NCBI GenBank assembly: GCA_029260965.1
Contig: JAJDCG010000002.1
Coordinates: 190,707 to 246,801 of the forward strand
Reading direction: 5' to 3'
From: Candidatus Levyibacteriota bacterium
Lineage (GTDB): Bacteria; Patescibacteriota; Microgenomatia; Levybacterales; UBA12049
Length of the DNA stretch: 56,095 nt
Of this stretch, positions 45,021 through 54,795 are shown piece by piece. Position 1 is the first letter of the stretch. Every line of letters begins with the position of its first letter. The translations under genes and the position numbers were made by a program. Below the pieces are notes generated by a model. The model had not been told where the DNA came from. It searched no databases and saw nothing but the letters and a program-made list of their open reading frames with translations.

Positions 45021-46344
45021 TTTTGTATTTGTAGGGATAGTAGAGAAAAGCTGCTGGAGCATCTTCGAGCAGATATCTTTGAAAATCCGCATATATCTTC
45101 TGCCTTTCAGGTACTGAGCTTACTTTTCTTCCGTCTTCAAGCAGCTTGTCTATTCTCAGGTTTCTATATTTTGAAATATTATTTGACTGCGCTGAATGCC
45201 ACAGTGAATATTGATCTGGATCTTTGGGTATTGTGAAGTCACCTAAAAATATCTGAAATCTTGCAGGAACTGAATCAACCTCTTCGATTGTTGTACTTAT
45301 TCCAACTTTTTCCCATGATTTTGCAACTTCTTTTGCAATCTCAGTATATTTACTTAAAGTCGTAATAGTAAGATTGATCGGTGGTTCAGGCAGGAGAAGC
45401 TTTGCATGATCATAGTCAAGACTTCTTTTTTCGATATCTTTATTAAAATAAATACTTGTAGGTGGATACGGAACATTAGCGGATTCACCTCCTGAAAATT
45501 TTTCAGGCAAAGCATATCCCAAACCTAATCTTACTTTTTTATCAGAAAGAATTTTGTCATTATTATCGTAAAAAAGTGTCACGAGCTTGGTGTGGTCTGT
45601 TTCCTTAATAACACTTGTACCTGGAAAATTATCAAATTGAGTATTTTTTACGTTTATATTAGTAAGACCTTCAGCCTGTGTTATTTCACCCATTAGATAT
45701 GCGTTTTTCAGCGCATCCTCTGTAGGATAAAAAAGATATTTAATTGTATCAAACCTGTTGTTTTTTGCAGCCAAAGTAATAGACTGTACAAAATCTCCAT
45801 TAAGAACAATATCAGATAAATTATAATCACCTGCGCCACTGAAAGATTTGCCATATATTGGTTGAGATGCAGTAGCAAGAAATGGTGAATAAGCATCCTT
45901 CAACTTAAAAACAATCACATAGTCTTCAGGTTTTTCCATGACGACATCTGAAAAATTATAAGAAATATTGGCTGATGTAATTTTCTTTTTATCGTTATAA
46001 GTTAAATCTTTTTTAAGATTAAAAACATAGGTTTTGCCCAAATCTTTTATTTCCCAATTTTCAGCCAAATCAGGCTCAATGCTATAGTCAGAATTGAGCT
46101 TTGTAAGACCACGGGATAGCTTTGAGTATACAACAGGTGGCAGATTATCCTGTCTGTATGAACCCACAATGCCAATTACAGGCTTTCGTTCAATTGGTAT
46201 GAGTTTTGTTATGTATTGAGAAAAAAAGATTAAACCAAAAAAAAGAAGAAGTCCTAAAATAAATGAAAAAATAAGCGTTTTGCCTGATTTTTTCATGTAT
46301 GCTTTAATTAGCCAAAATATAAGCCTTTTTCTGAATACAACCAT
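45007..46344 (-). CDS. ABC transporter substrate-binding protein, family 5 (OppA-like)
   Basis: PDLAENW, DPDQYSLWHS, IDKLLEDGR...ERQKIY. Confidence 0.88.
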   Translation of the reverse strand: MVVFRKRLIFWLIKAYMKKSGKTLIFSFILGLLLFFGLIFFSQYITKLIPIERKPVIGIVGSYRQDNLPPVVYSKLSRGLTKLNSDYSIEPDLAENWEIKDLGKTYVFNLKKDLTYNDKKKITSANISYNFSDVVMEKPEDYVIVFKLKDAYSPFLATASQPIYGKSFSGAGDYNLSDIVLNGDFVQSITLAAKNNRFDTIKYLFYPTEDALKNAYLMGEITQAEGLTNINVKNTQFDNFPGTSVIKETDHTKLVTLFYDNNDKILSDKKVRLGLGYALPEKFSGGESANVPYPPTSIYFNKDIEKRSLDYDHAKLLLPEPPINLTITTLSKYTEIAKEVAKSWEKVGISTTIEEVDSVPARFQIFLGDFTIPKDPDQYSLWHSAQSNNISKYRNLRIDKLLEDGRKVSSVPERQKIYADFQRYLLEDAPAAFLYYPYKYKITRN

Positions 46345-46354
46345 AATTTATCTT

Positions 46355-46582
46355 TTAATTTGCTTGAGGGAACAGAAGTATAAGCGATAATGCAACCAAT
46401 AAAATGGCAAGAAAAATAGTAATCCATATCAAGAATTTTTCTACATTTCTTTTACTTCTATACGCTTCCCCTCCTCCACCAAAAACAGGTGAAAGTCCTG
46501 ATTCGGGAGCTTGCAAGAGTATTGCAGCAATAAGAAGAACTGATACAATTATTTGGAGGACTGATAAAATTGACTGAATCAT
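46355..46582 (-). CDS. secG: Preprotein translocase subunit SecG
   Basis: ILLQ...GLSPVFGG...YRSKRNVEKFL; two TM segments. Confidence 0.9.
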   Translation of the reverse strand: MIQSILSVLQIIVSVLLIAAILLQAPESGLSPVFGGGGEAYRSKRNVEKFLIWITIFLAILLVALSLILLFPQAN

Positions 46583-46627
46583 AAATGAGTATCAATTATA
46601 TAACTTTTTAAATTACCATACAAGCAT

Positions 46628-47029
46628 TTATTCTAAAAGCCATACTAAGGATGATTCAATTATTGAAAGCATAAATGCAGTGTATATATATGAATAAAAA
46701 GTATTAAAAAATAGAACTGGAGTGATAAAACCAAAAATTTCTACTCTCTGATATGTAAATTCAGTAATACTTACGTTTGGAAGAAAAATTGTCAATAAAT
46801 AAATAATTAATACATTTGTAAACACAGAAAAAAGTCCTAATGTTAGCAGATTAATGGGAAAGCTGAGTAGATTTAGAATAGGTTTTAGCACAAGAAACAT
46901 AAGTGCAAGAAGTAATCCTCCCAAAAAAAGTGTGTCTAATCCCCCAGATATTTCAACGCCAGGTACAATAAATGGCAAAACGTAGAGAGTGAATGAATAA
47001 ATGGCTATTTTTCTGACGAGTGACTTCAT
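46628..47029 (-). CDS. 4-TM phage holin superfamily IV / YvlD-like membrane protein
   Basis: LKPILNLLSFPINLLTLGLF motif. Confidence 0.85.
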   Translation of the reverse strand: MKSLVRKIAIYSFTLYVLPFIVPGVEISGGLDTLFLGGLLLALMFLVLKPILNLLSFPINLLTLGLFSVFTNVLIIYLLTIFLPNVSITEFTYQRVEIFGFITPVLFFNTFYSYIYTAFMLSIIESSLVWLLE

Positions 47030-47100
47030 AAAATTAATTGTATCACAAGACTTGTTCCTTGATAAAAAACTCTTCCTGGGGTATTATGAAAATTAAATTA

Positions 47101-48234
47101 ATGAATACTGTAATATGTCCACATTGTAAGAAACAAGTAGAGCTTTCTGAAGCAATTCTGCATGAATTTCAAGACAAAATCAGGCTTGAAGTGAAGAAAA
47201 ATCTCAGTGTAGAATTTGAAAAAAAGCAAGCAGAAGAGACAGAGTTAAATAACAAAAAAATTCGACAACAATTTGAAGAAGAAAATAAAAATAAAAAGCT
47301 AGAGCTAAAAGAAACAAAAGAACAAAATAAAAAACTAATTGAACAAATAGAAGCAATGAATCAAACACTCAAAGATCTAAATGAAAATCAAAGAAAAAGA
47401 GAATATGAATTAAGAGAAAATTTGGAAAAAGAACTCTCTGATAAAACTAGACTGGAAAAACTAGAATATGAGAAAAAAATTAATGACATGCAGAAAGCAC
47501 TGGAAGAAGCGCAAAGAAAAGGAAAGCAAGGATCACAACAGTTGCAAGGGGATGTTTTAGAGCTTGACCTTGAACAAAGACTCAGGGAAGCATTCCCATA
47601 CGATGAATTTAGACCTGTACCAACAGGTGTGAAGGGAGGAGACATAATTCAGGAGATGAGGAACAAATTTGGTGACAGCGCAGGATTTATTCTTTGGGAA
47701 ACAAAAAGAACAAAAACATGGGACAAAAAATGGCTCACAAAACTAAAAGATGACATGAGAAACGTGAAGGCAAACGACTGTATACTCGTATCAGACGTGC
47801 TCCCAAATAATATAAAACACTATGATAGGGTTGAAAATGTATGGGTAGCATCATACGAATTTGCTATTAAACTTGCAGCAGTTGTCAGACACGGACTTCT
47901 CAACGTTGCAATAGTGAGATCTTCAGCATCCAGAGATGATTCAGAGTTGAGGGAGCTTTACAATGTAATTACTAGCGATTCATTTAGACAGATGTTTGAA
48001 TCCAGAGATGAAACAATAAACGCACTCAGAACTGAATTGGATGCTGACAAAAGAGGTGCAGAGAAACGCTGGAAAAGACAGGGCGCGTATATTGATAAAC
48101 TGGATAGAAACAATAGCCAACTATATGGAGAACTCCAGGCGCACATTCCTTCCCTGAAACCACTTCAAAGCGACAATATTGAGCTTTCCAGTGGAGTAGC
48201 AGCAGATGATGACGATCAAGAAAGCCTCTTCTAA
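47101..48234 (+). CDS. DUF2130 domain protein
   Basis: ICPHC, coiled coil, GSQQLQGDVLE, ILWETKRTK; start is 47086 or 47101. Confidence 0.88.
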   Translation: MNTVICPHCKKQVELSEAILHEFQDKIRLEVKKNLSVEFEKKQAEETELNNKKIRQQFEEENKNKKLELKETKEQNKKLIEQIEAMNQTLKDLNENQRKREYELRENLEKELSDKTRLEKLEYEKKINDMQKALEEAQRKGKQGSQQLQGDVLELDLEQRLREAFPYDEFRPVPTGVKGGDIIQEMRNKFGDSAGFILWETKRTKTWDKKWLTKLKDDMRNVKANDCILVSDVLPNNIKHYDRVENVWVASYEFAIKLAAVVRHGLLNVAIVRSSASRDDSELRELYNVITSDSFRQMFESRDETINALRTELDADKRGAEKRWKRQGAYIDKLDRNNSQLYGELQAHIPSLKPLQSDNIELSSGVAADDDDQESLF

Positions 48235-49955
48235 GCCCCTGAGAGGCTTCTGTAGTTATCCAAAATCAGATTGTAGTCTACTACGTCTACCTTGCCGTTA
48301 TCATTTATATCCAAGCCATAAGGATATTCAAAGTTACATAGAACATTCTGAAGTAAACAATCAACATAGAGATTATAATCATCAAGCGTAATTGTATTCC
48401 AGTCGCTAGTTTGTGCATATGCACCCTGCATCAGGGTAACCTGGGGCAATTTATTGAGTGTACCGTTTTGGATTTTTTGAAATTCTGGCTTTACAGCTTT
48501 CAACAGTGTCCATGGACCTGCCACCCTTATGTAATAAGTGCCGGATTCAACTCCACCCAAATTTAATATGCCTCTAAATAAATCCTTTCCATCATAAGTT
48601 GCAAAACCGTTACCTATGGCAATGAAATTATTTTCTAGATTATATATAGCAATCATGACTGGCCTGCTTAGATTCTTTGGCAATTTGTTGCCACCTAGAC
48701 CTATTCCATGTATTTTTATACTTACTTCTGCCTGTGTATTCGGTAAATTTGGATTTATTCCACCTGGTACTGGACTAATACTTGGAAGTGGTGGAGAAGG
48801 TGTAACTGGAGTTGAGTTGCCATCACAAATCAGACCTCCCCTTAGCTCACCGCCAACCTGATTCTCTGTATCAATTCTGATAAAAGATGCTTGCTTTTTT
48901 AATTCTTCAAGCACGTTTACGGTCATATAATCAACACCATTGTATTCTTTTTTATTTATCCCATCTAACAGGGATGCACCTATACCAAGAGTAGAAACAG
49001 GAGGACCAGGATTGGTAATAAACATGTCAATAATTTCGCTTTGGGGAAGTCCATCAAAAACAATTGAATAATTGAATTTGACTTCATTTGCCGTTTGGTC
49101 AATGTTTATTATTGTTATTTTAGCACTACCCCTCGCACTTGTTATCACGCCGCTTACTGGCTGAAGATCTGCCAAGAAGATACTACATCCCTGAGGAGCA
49201 AGTGTTGGTGTTGTAGTTACACCATGTGTAATGGTTGGATTATTGGATGGACTTTTTGTAATTGTTGCTTTTGAGTCAGCAGGTGTTGAAAAAGTCTTCA
49301 GCATACTCTCTAGCTCCTGAGTCATGCTCCCTGTTTGTTTTTCGATCTTATTTATAACTAATATATTTCCATTAGAGAGCTTTGCTACATATAGATTTAT
49401 AGGAAAATCACCATACCCAATAACATTCAGCCATTGAATTGAGTTATGAATCTGCGCAACTGCGATTGCATTATAGCTTTCTTGCGTATAATAAGAGAAA
49501 CCTCTTGAGAGAATAGACATATATTCCCGGGTCCAATCAGCAAGAGAAAGATCAGATGTATTTGAAAAAATAAGTAGATTAAAACCATCATACCTAACCC
49601 CAGTATCTATATTATTTCTCTTCAAATTTGGATTCTCTACATACGTTGATATATCCGCAAATGTATTTTGATATTCTACATTGTCTCCTGTGTGTTGTGG
49701 CATGAGCACACCATATGTACCCTGGGGTTTTTCCGTAAGTCTTTGAGGGTATTTAAAAGAAAAAGAGCCATCTCCAGCTACAAACAGGGTCCAATCTAGA
49801 GGATCTAAAACCGTTTGAGCTCTTTGCCTTAGATCTTGTTTCTTTTGAAGGAATGGAATCAAAACTACTCCAGTGATGAACAAAACTAATAGTATTACTA
49901 CTGTTGTTGTAAAATTCCTTCTTTGTTTTATTTTCTTTTCTTTTTTCATATTCAA
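48231..49955 (-). CDS. Membrane-anchored surface protein with CHRD-like domain and C-terminal dockerin/EF-hand-like repeat
   Basis: TM + QDLRQRA; ARGSA...GGELRG; P/T-rich linkers; DINDNGKVDVVDY. Confidence 0.75.
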   Translation of the reverse strand: MNMKKEKKIKQRRNFTTTVVILLVLFITGVVLIPFLQKKQDLRQRAQTVLDPLDWTLFVAGDGSFSFKYPQRLTEKPQGTYGVLMPQHTGDNVEYQNTFADISTYVENPNLKRNNIDTGVRYDGFNLLIFSNTSDLSLADWTREYMSILSRGFSYYTQESYNAIAVAQIHNSIQWLNVIGYGDFPINLYVAKLSNGNILVINKIEKQTGSMTQELESMLKTFSTPADSKATITKSPSNNPTITHGVTTTPTLAPQGCSIFLADLQPVSGVITSARGSAKITIINIDQTANEVKFNYSIVFDGLPQSEIIDMFITNPGPPVSTLGIGASLLDGINKKEYNGVDYMTVNVLEELKKQASFIRIDTENQVGGELRGGLICDGNSTPVTPSPPLPSISPVPGGINPNLPNTQAEVSIKIHGIGLGGNKLPKNLSRPVMIAIYNLENNFIAIGNGFATYDGKDLFRGILNLGGVESGTYYIRVAGPWTLLKAVKPEFQKIQNGTLNKLPQVTLMQGAYAQTSDWNTITLDDYNLYVDCLLQNVLCNFEYPYGLDINDNGKVDVVDYNLILDNYRSLSGA

Positions 49956-51139
49956 TCTCCTGCTAATTTTGCAAAACTATCGAGAAAAACATTATAATCA
50001 ATTATATCAATATCTCCATTATCATTGAGATCAACATTGAAATTGCCACTGCATCCTGTGATTAGACAGTCAAGTATTTCGGTTGTAAAATTTGCAACAT
50101 CATCCTGATCAAGTACATTATTGTTATCAGTATCTCCTGGCTTCAGTTCAACAATCGGTAGCTTATTGTCTTTTTTACTATCAAATTCCTGAAATTCAGG
50201 CACAACAAGGGTTAATAAGGTATTGTCACCTTTTATTTTAACAGAATAAACTCCACTTTGAAGCTCGCCCAAATTTATCAAACCACTAAAAAGATCTTTA
50301 CCATCATATTGTAAAAAATTGGTTCCACTTGCGCGGATATTATTTACTGAATCATAAACATCTACAGTTATTCTTCTTGATAAATTTTGTGGAGATTTGT
50401 TGCCAAACTGACCTATGCCTGGAAATCTTACGGATGCCCACACTCTTATATTATCTGTATTGATAATTGTCGGATTTGGAGTAAGATTGATTGTAGGTGA
50501 GATATTTATAGATGGAGATGGGTAATTTGTAACCGAGGGATTTATGGTTATCGTTGTTACTGGCGATACTGTAGGAGCTGGACTTTGGGTAGTTGATGAA
50601 GCAGCTCCAAGATCAAGCACCCAGTGAGATCCTTTATTTGAAACAGCAGCCTCAGTAATATTTGATTCCAACATATTTTTATTATGTTCTACTGAATTTT
50701 TCCACCAGTTAAAAGCATTTTGCGGATTATCACTACCTTTGTAAATATTTTCACCCCAAGCAATATACGCATAGCCACAGTCGCTATATCTCACAGGTAC
50801 ATTCCTCCCAAGTGAGTCAGCATGGCTAAATCTATTATTAGAAAGCATGTCCTGTACCATCCAGGCTGAAGAGTTTTTTAACTTCTCAGACCACAGCAAC
50901 GGTAATAGTTCATTGTCTACTCTATATTTATTAACCAGATCGAACAATTCTTTATCTTTATCTGTTTTAACTAAGTCGTTATCCGCTACGCTACATTCGT
51001 TTGCGCTTGCACGGGACCTGGGGTCCTGCCTATTATTGAGGGTTGATACCGATAAAAAAACAGCGACAAATAATAAAAAAAGGGCAAAAAAAGGAAAAAG
51101 AAGATGTGATTTGTTATTGTAGATTTCTTTGTCTATCAT
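49952..51139 (-). CDS. Membrane-anchored CAP/SCP-domain protein with dockerin-like C-terminus
   Basis: LVNKYR, FSH, GENI, WKNSVEHNKNML; GDTDNNNVLD and DLNDNGDIDIIDY. Confidence 0.85.
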   Translation of the reverse strand: MIDKEIYNNKSHLLFPFFALFLLFVAVFLSVSTLNNRQDPRSRASANECSVADNDLVKTDKDKELFDLVNKYRVDNELLPLLWSEKLKNSSAWMVQDMLSNNRFSHADSLGRNVPVRYSDCGYAYIAWGENIYKGSDNPQNAFNWWKNSVEHNKNMLESNITEAAVSNKGSHWVLDLGAASSTTQSPAPTVSPVTTITINPSVTNYPSPSINISPTINLTPNPTIINTDNIRVWASVRFPGIGQFGNKSPQNLSRRITVDVYDSVNNIRASGTNFLQYDGKDLFSGLINLGELQSGVYSVKIKGDNTLLTLVVPEFQEFDSKKDNKLPIVELKPGDTDNNNVLDQDDVANFTTEILDCLITGCSGNFNVDLNDNGDIDIIDYNVFLDSFAKLAGD

Positions 51140-51193
51140 TTAGCTTCAGGCACTATATTGATAGTATCTCTTTTAACAAAAGTAATCAAGAAG

Positions 51194-51267
51194 TGACCCG
51201 TATGGGAGTCGAACCCATGATTTCGGGGATGAAAGCCCCGCGTCCTAGACCACTAGACGAACGGGCC
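51194..51267 (-). tRNA. tRNA-Glu(TTC)
   Basis: GGCCCGT acceptor stem and CGGGG-CT-TTC-AT-CCCCG anticodon arm. Confidence 0.95.
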
Positions 51268-51286
51268 AAAAGATCACGAAAGGCAA

Positions 51287-51324
51287 CCAAAATGGCGCCA
51301 TAACGTTATTATAGCGCCATTTGG
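51287..51324 (-). terminator. Hairpin, probable terminator
   Basis: AAATGGCGCCATAA/TTATAGCGCCATTT inverted repeat downstream of the 51359 gene. Confidence 0.55.
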
Positions 51325-51358
51325 TCTCGTATTCAACAAGCTCTATGAGCCATTGACA

Positions 51359-52021
51359 TTACTTGAGTTTTTTACGTGCCTCATCTACCACTGTTTTAGC
51401 TGCACTTTGGCCTCCTAGACCAAAAGCAATTCCGCCAGCTAGAGCAATCATAGCAACAAAACCAGTAAAGAGAATTCTAACTAGGTCTTGTGCAACTCCG
51501 AGCTGATTAAGAACAGCAAGCAAAACAAAGATTGTAATTGCAACCCTCGTCACAGATGCCATAGTCGATGATGCATCAGACGAAAGATCTCTTGTTGATG
51601 CAAGCACCAGGTTTGATCCAAGTCTTGCGAAAACTAATCCAACCAATCCGATTATTGCTGCTACAAAGACGTTTGGTAAATAGAGAAGGAAAGTATTAAG
51701 AACTGACGTAATCTGAGGAAGTCCCCAGACGTCCGCTGTTGGAATAAGAAATAAAATAAGTACAAACCAGCGGGCTATTTCCGCTAGAATATTTGTCCAA
51801 CTAAACTCTCCTTTTGCTTCAGGAACGCCGTATTTCTTCAAATATGCTTCGACTTTGAGCATTTTCAAAAGCTCAACTAGCACGCGTCTTACGATAGATG
51901 CAAGTATTACTCCTATCAAAAAGATCACGAGTCCTATTAAAAAATTAGGAAGAAATGCTGCAGCTCCAGCAACTCCTGCGTTCAGAGATTGTAGAAATGT
52001 GTTTGCGATATTTGGTGTCAT
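51359..52021 (-). CDS. TM-helix repeat / MscS-associated (CmpX-like) membrane protein
   Basis: YLPNVFVA, LNQLGVA, AGGIAFGLGG; SD AAAGGAGGTGA before ATG 52021. Confidence 0.85.
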   Translation of the reverse strand: MTPNIANTFLQSLNAGVAGAAAFLPNFLIGLVIFLIGVILASIVRRVLVELLKMLKVEAYLKKYGVPEAKGEFSWTNILAEIARWFVLILFLIPTADVWGLPQITSVLNTFLLYLPNVFVAAIIGLVGLVFARLGSNLVLASTRDLSSDASSTMASVTRVAITIFVLLAVLNQLGVAQDLVRILFTGFVAMIALAGGIAFGLGGQSAAKTVVDEARKKLK

Positions 52022-52168
52022 ATTATCACCTCCTTTCTGCATTAAAATCAATAAAGATATTATCTTTTCAACCTAAACAACATATCGCGGTGTTAAGAAA
52101 AGTATTGCACTTATCCCATTTGCTTGTCAATAGGGCATATAGCTTGGTATAATCATGTTTATGTCAAG

Positions 52169-52240
52169 GGGCCGGTAGCTCAGCGGTAGAGCAGGAGCCT
52201 TTTAAGCTCTTGGTCGCGGGTTCGATCCCCGCCCGGCTCA
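52169..52240 (+). tRNA. tRNA-Lys(TTT)
   Basis: GGGCCGG acceptor stem and GGAGC-CT-TTT-AA-GCTCT anticodon arm. Confidence 0.95.
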
Positions 52241-52259
52241 CTGAAAAGTAAATTGAGGA

Positions 52260-53141
52260 TTATTTTGCAGCTTCTTTACCAATCACTACCACTATATCTG
52301 CTTCGTCGCTTGCGACTTTCAAACCCTTACTAACTACATAATATTTTTCTAGTTCACTCCTTAATTTCTTGATGTATTCTTGATCAGCATCTTTTTTTAC
52401 AGAAATCTCTGTTTCCTCATAATCATCACGCTCAGCATTTCCTACATCTCCTACTCTAAAGCCAACCTCCTCAAGACTCTCTTGCAATTCAGCTGCAGCC
52501 CCCCTGACCCCACTTCCGTTCAAAATATCTACGCTGTACGAGGATAAATCAACTGGTTTAGGAGTTGGTTTTTCTTCTTTTATCTCTGCAGTCGGAGTAG
52601 GACTATTGATAAATTGCGGAATGGAAAAACTAAAGTCTTTTGACATAAAAAAAACATAACCTGCAAATATCAATACGCTTATCAGGAATGTAGATAAGGC
52701 AACTTTTATAAAATACCCCAACATTCCTTTCCTTGGCTGATCATACTCCTCAGGAGGTTTACTAAATGAGTCCCCTTCATTTTCTGCTGCCTCGGATGCA
52801 GTTATTCCACTGTAGTCTTCATCAATTTTTTCTTTTTCTTCATCCTCCACTATCTCACTTTTTGATTTTTTCAAATCTTCTTCGTCACTATCTTTATCAA
52901 AAATTTCTGCCACACCAACTTCTGAAACACTCATGACACTTGATGCGCCAGTCTCGTGATCTTTATCAATTATTTTTCCAGATTCTTTTGGGTGTTTTTC
53001 TTTTGCAGTTTTCTCAGGCTGTTTTTCTTCTTTCTTAGAAGAAGCCTGTTTTTTATCAAGCTTTTTTGTAGATTTTTTTTCTTGCTCTTCCTTGGCTTTT
53101 TCACCAAACTTTACTGGTTTTGCACGTTTTCTACTTTGCAT
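52260..53141 (-). CDS. LytR C-terminal domain protein
   Basis: Charged N-terminus, one TM, ILNGSGVRGAA, VGNA, DIVVVIG. Confidence 0.88.
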   Translation of the reverse strand: MQSRKRAKPVKFGEKAKEEQEKKSTKKLDKKQASSKKEEKQPEKTAKEKHPKESGKIIDKDHETGASSVMSVSEVGVAEIFDKDSDEEDLKKSKSEIVEDEEKEKIDEDYSGITASEAAENEGDSFSKPPEEYDQPRKGMLGYFIKVALSTFLISVLIFAGYVFFMSKDFSFSIPQFINSPTPTAEIKEEKPTPKPVDLSSYSVDILNGSGVRGAAAELQESLEEVGFRVGDVGNAERDDYEETEISVKKDADQEYIKKLRSELEKYYVVSKGLKVASDEADIVVVIGKEAAK

Positions 53142-53257
53142 AGGACAGGATTATGTTCTATTTCTATTTTAAGAAGAATCCTGCATAGTTGTCAACTATA
53201 CTGAGTCATTTTAAATACTTTCTTGTCAAGTTGCTACGAAAAAAGTATTATTGAGCT

Positions 53258-53602
53258 ATGGACAATAAATACGGAGGTGTTATCTGGACAAACCACGCTC
53301 TTGATAGACTTGCCGAACGCGGACTTACTCAGTCTATAGCACTTCATGCTTTTAACAGACCAGACGAAGAAGAAACAGGAGACAATGGAAGCATGAAATA
53401 CAAAAAACAAATCGGTGGCTCTCTGGTTAGTATTGTTGCTAAAAAAAATGAAAGAAGTGAGTGGGTAATACTTTCAACATGGGCCAATCCTCCTATCCCA
53501 GGCAGTCGTGATGCACGCTATAAAAAATCATTAAAAGAATACAACAAAGCGTCAAATTTAGGAAAATTTTGGTTTACCCTCAAACGTCAATTAGGTTTTT
53601 AA
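53258..53602 (+). CDS. DUF4258-like small protein
   Basis: IWTNHALDRLAERG...WVILSTW. Confidence 0.65.
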   Translation: MDNKYGGVIWTNHALDRLAERGLTQSIALHAFNRPDEEETGDNGSMKYKKQIGGSLVSIVAKKNERSEWVILSTWANPPIPGSRDARYKKSLKEYNKASNLGKFWFTLKRQLGF

Positions 53603-53633
53603 CAATTTCAAAGAGTGTTATAATGAACTCTCT

Positions 53634-54791
53634 ATGAAAAAGTTATTTACAATCTTTTTTTTGTTGATAAGCCTCTTTGTGTATAAAAATCCTATTACTG
53701 CACACGCTGTAGATAATCCTCTGCTGCTTCCAAATAATAAGATGGGGATACATATACTTTTTGATCACGAACTCGAAAATGCTGCTGAATTGGTGAATTC
53801 CAATGGAGGCAAATGGGGATATGTCCTAATCCCTATCCAGTCTGGTGATAAGGATCTAGTCAGATGGCAAAAATTTATGGATCAAGCAAAGAAGAACCAT
53901 GTAATCCCTATTATCAGGCTCTCTACAGAAGGTGATTACTTCAATAGTAAAGTCTGGCGCAAACCAGATGAAAATGACATAATTGATTTTGCAAACTTTC
54001 TTGATTCTCTTGAATGGCCAGTTAAAAATAGATACATAATAGTTTTTAATGAGGTAAACAGAGGAGATGAATGGGGAGGGGCTGCAAATCCAGCAGAATA
54101 CGCAAATCTACTCAGTTTTGCCGTTACGGTATTCAAATCAAAAAGTCCTGATTTTTTTATAATCTCTGCAGGACTTGACAATGCTGCGCCAAATCAAGAA
54201 TTTGAATATATAAATCAGTACAGCTATATCCGTCATCTGAACAACGCAGTACCTGGTATTTTTAATCAAATAGACGGTATGGCAAGTCACTCATATCCAA
54301 ATCCAGGATTTTCTCAACCACCCAGCAATACGAGCCCTACTGGTACTGGGAGTTTTATTTTTGAAAGACAACTAATTGAATATCTTTCTGGAAAAAGGCT
54401 GCCTGTATTTATAACCGAAACAGGATGGTCTTCAGACGCACTCCCCTTCTCAACTATAAACTCGTACTATAATGCAGCACTTACCCAGGTGTGGAACGAT
54501 CCTGGAATCGTAGCAATTGCACCATTTGTGCTCCAGGGTTCAGGTGGTCCATTTAACAAATTTTCTTTTCTTGATGAGAATGGTAATCCATTAGAACCAT
54601 ATAATTTATGGAAAAACTTTCCAAAAAATTTAGGAAAACCTAGTTCTCCTGCTAAAATTCTTGCTGCTGAAACAACTACAAAAACCACTGCAATACCAAA
54701 GATAGATTTTAAAGATGAAAAAAAATCTGATGAACAAAATTTATCACCAAAATCAGTTGGATTTATTTTTAAATGGCTGTTGGGTATATAA
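53634..54791 (+). CDS. Exported clan GH-A glycoside hydrolase-like protein
   Basis: FNEVN acid/base, SHSYP, FITETGW nucleophile motifs. Confidence 0.8.
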   Translation: MKKLFTIFFLLISLFVYKNPITAHAVDNPLLLPNNKMGIHILFDHELENAAELVNSNGGKWGYVLIPIQSGDKDLVRWQKFMDQAKKNHVIPIIRLSTEGDYFNSKVWRKPDENDIIDFANFLDSLEWPVKNRYIIVFNEVNRGDEWGGAANPAEYANLLSFAVTVFKSKSPDFFIISAGLDNAAPNQEFEYINQYSYIRHLNNAVPGIFNQIDGMASHSYPNPGFSQPPSNTSPTGTGSFIFERQLIEYLSGKRLPVFITETGWSSDALPFSTINSYYNAALTQVWNDPGIVAIAPFVLQGSGGPFNKFSFLDENGNPLEPYNLWKNFPKNLGKPSSPAKILAAETTTKTTAIPKIDFKDEKKSDEQNLSPKSVGFIFKWLLGI

Positions 54792-54795
54792 ATTT

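Noticed and set aside
46628-47029. Holin as evidence of a prophage
   Set aside because: This family is commonly chromosomal; neighbours are secG and DUF2130, with no phage genes
51043-51303. 86-aa ORF and the many other short antisense or nested ORFs in the track
   Set aside because: They overlap tRNAs or well-supported genes and show no motifs
51331-51345. Further REP-like copy (TTCAACAAGCTC)
   Set aside because: No flanking stem and not adjacent to a tRNA end; could be chance
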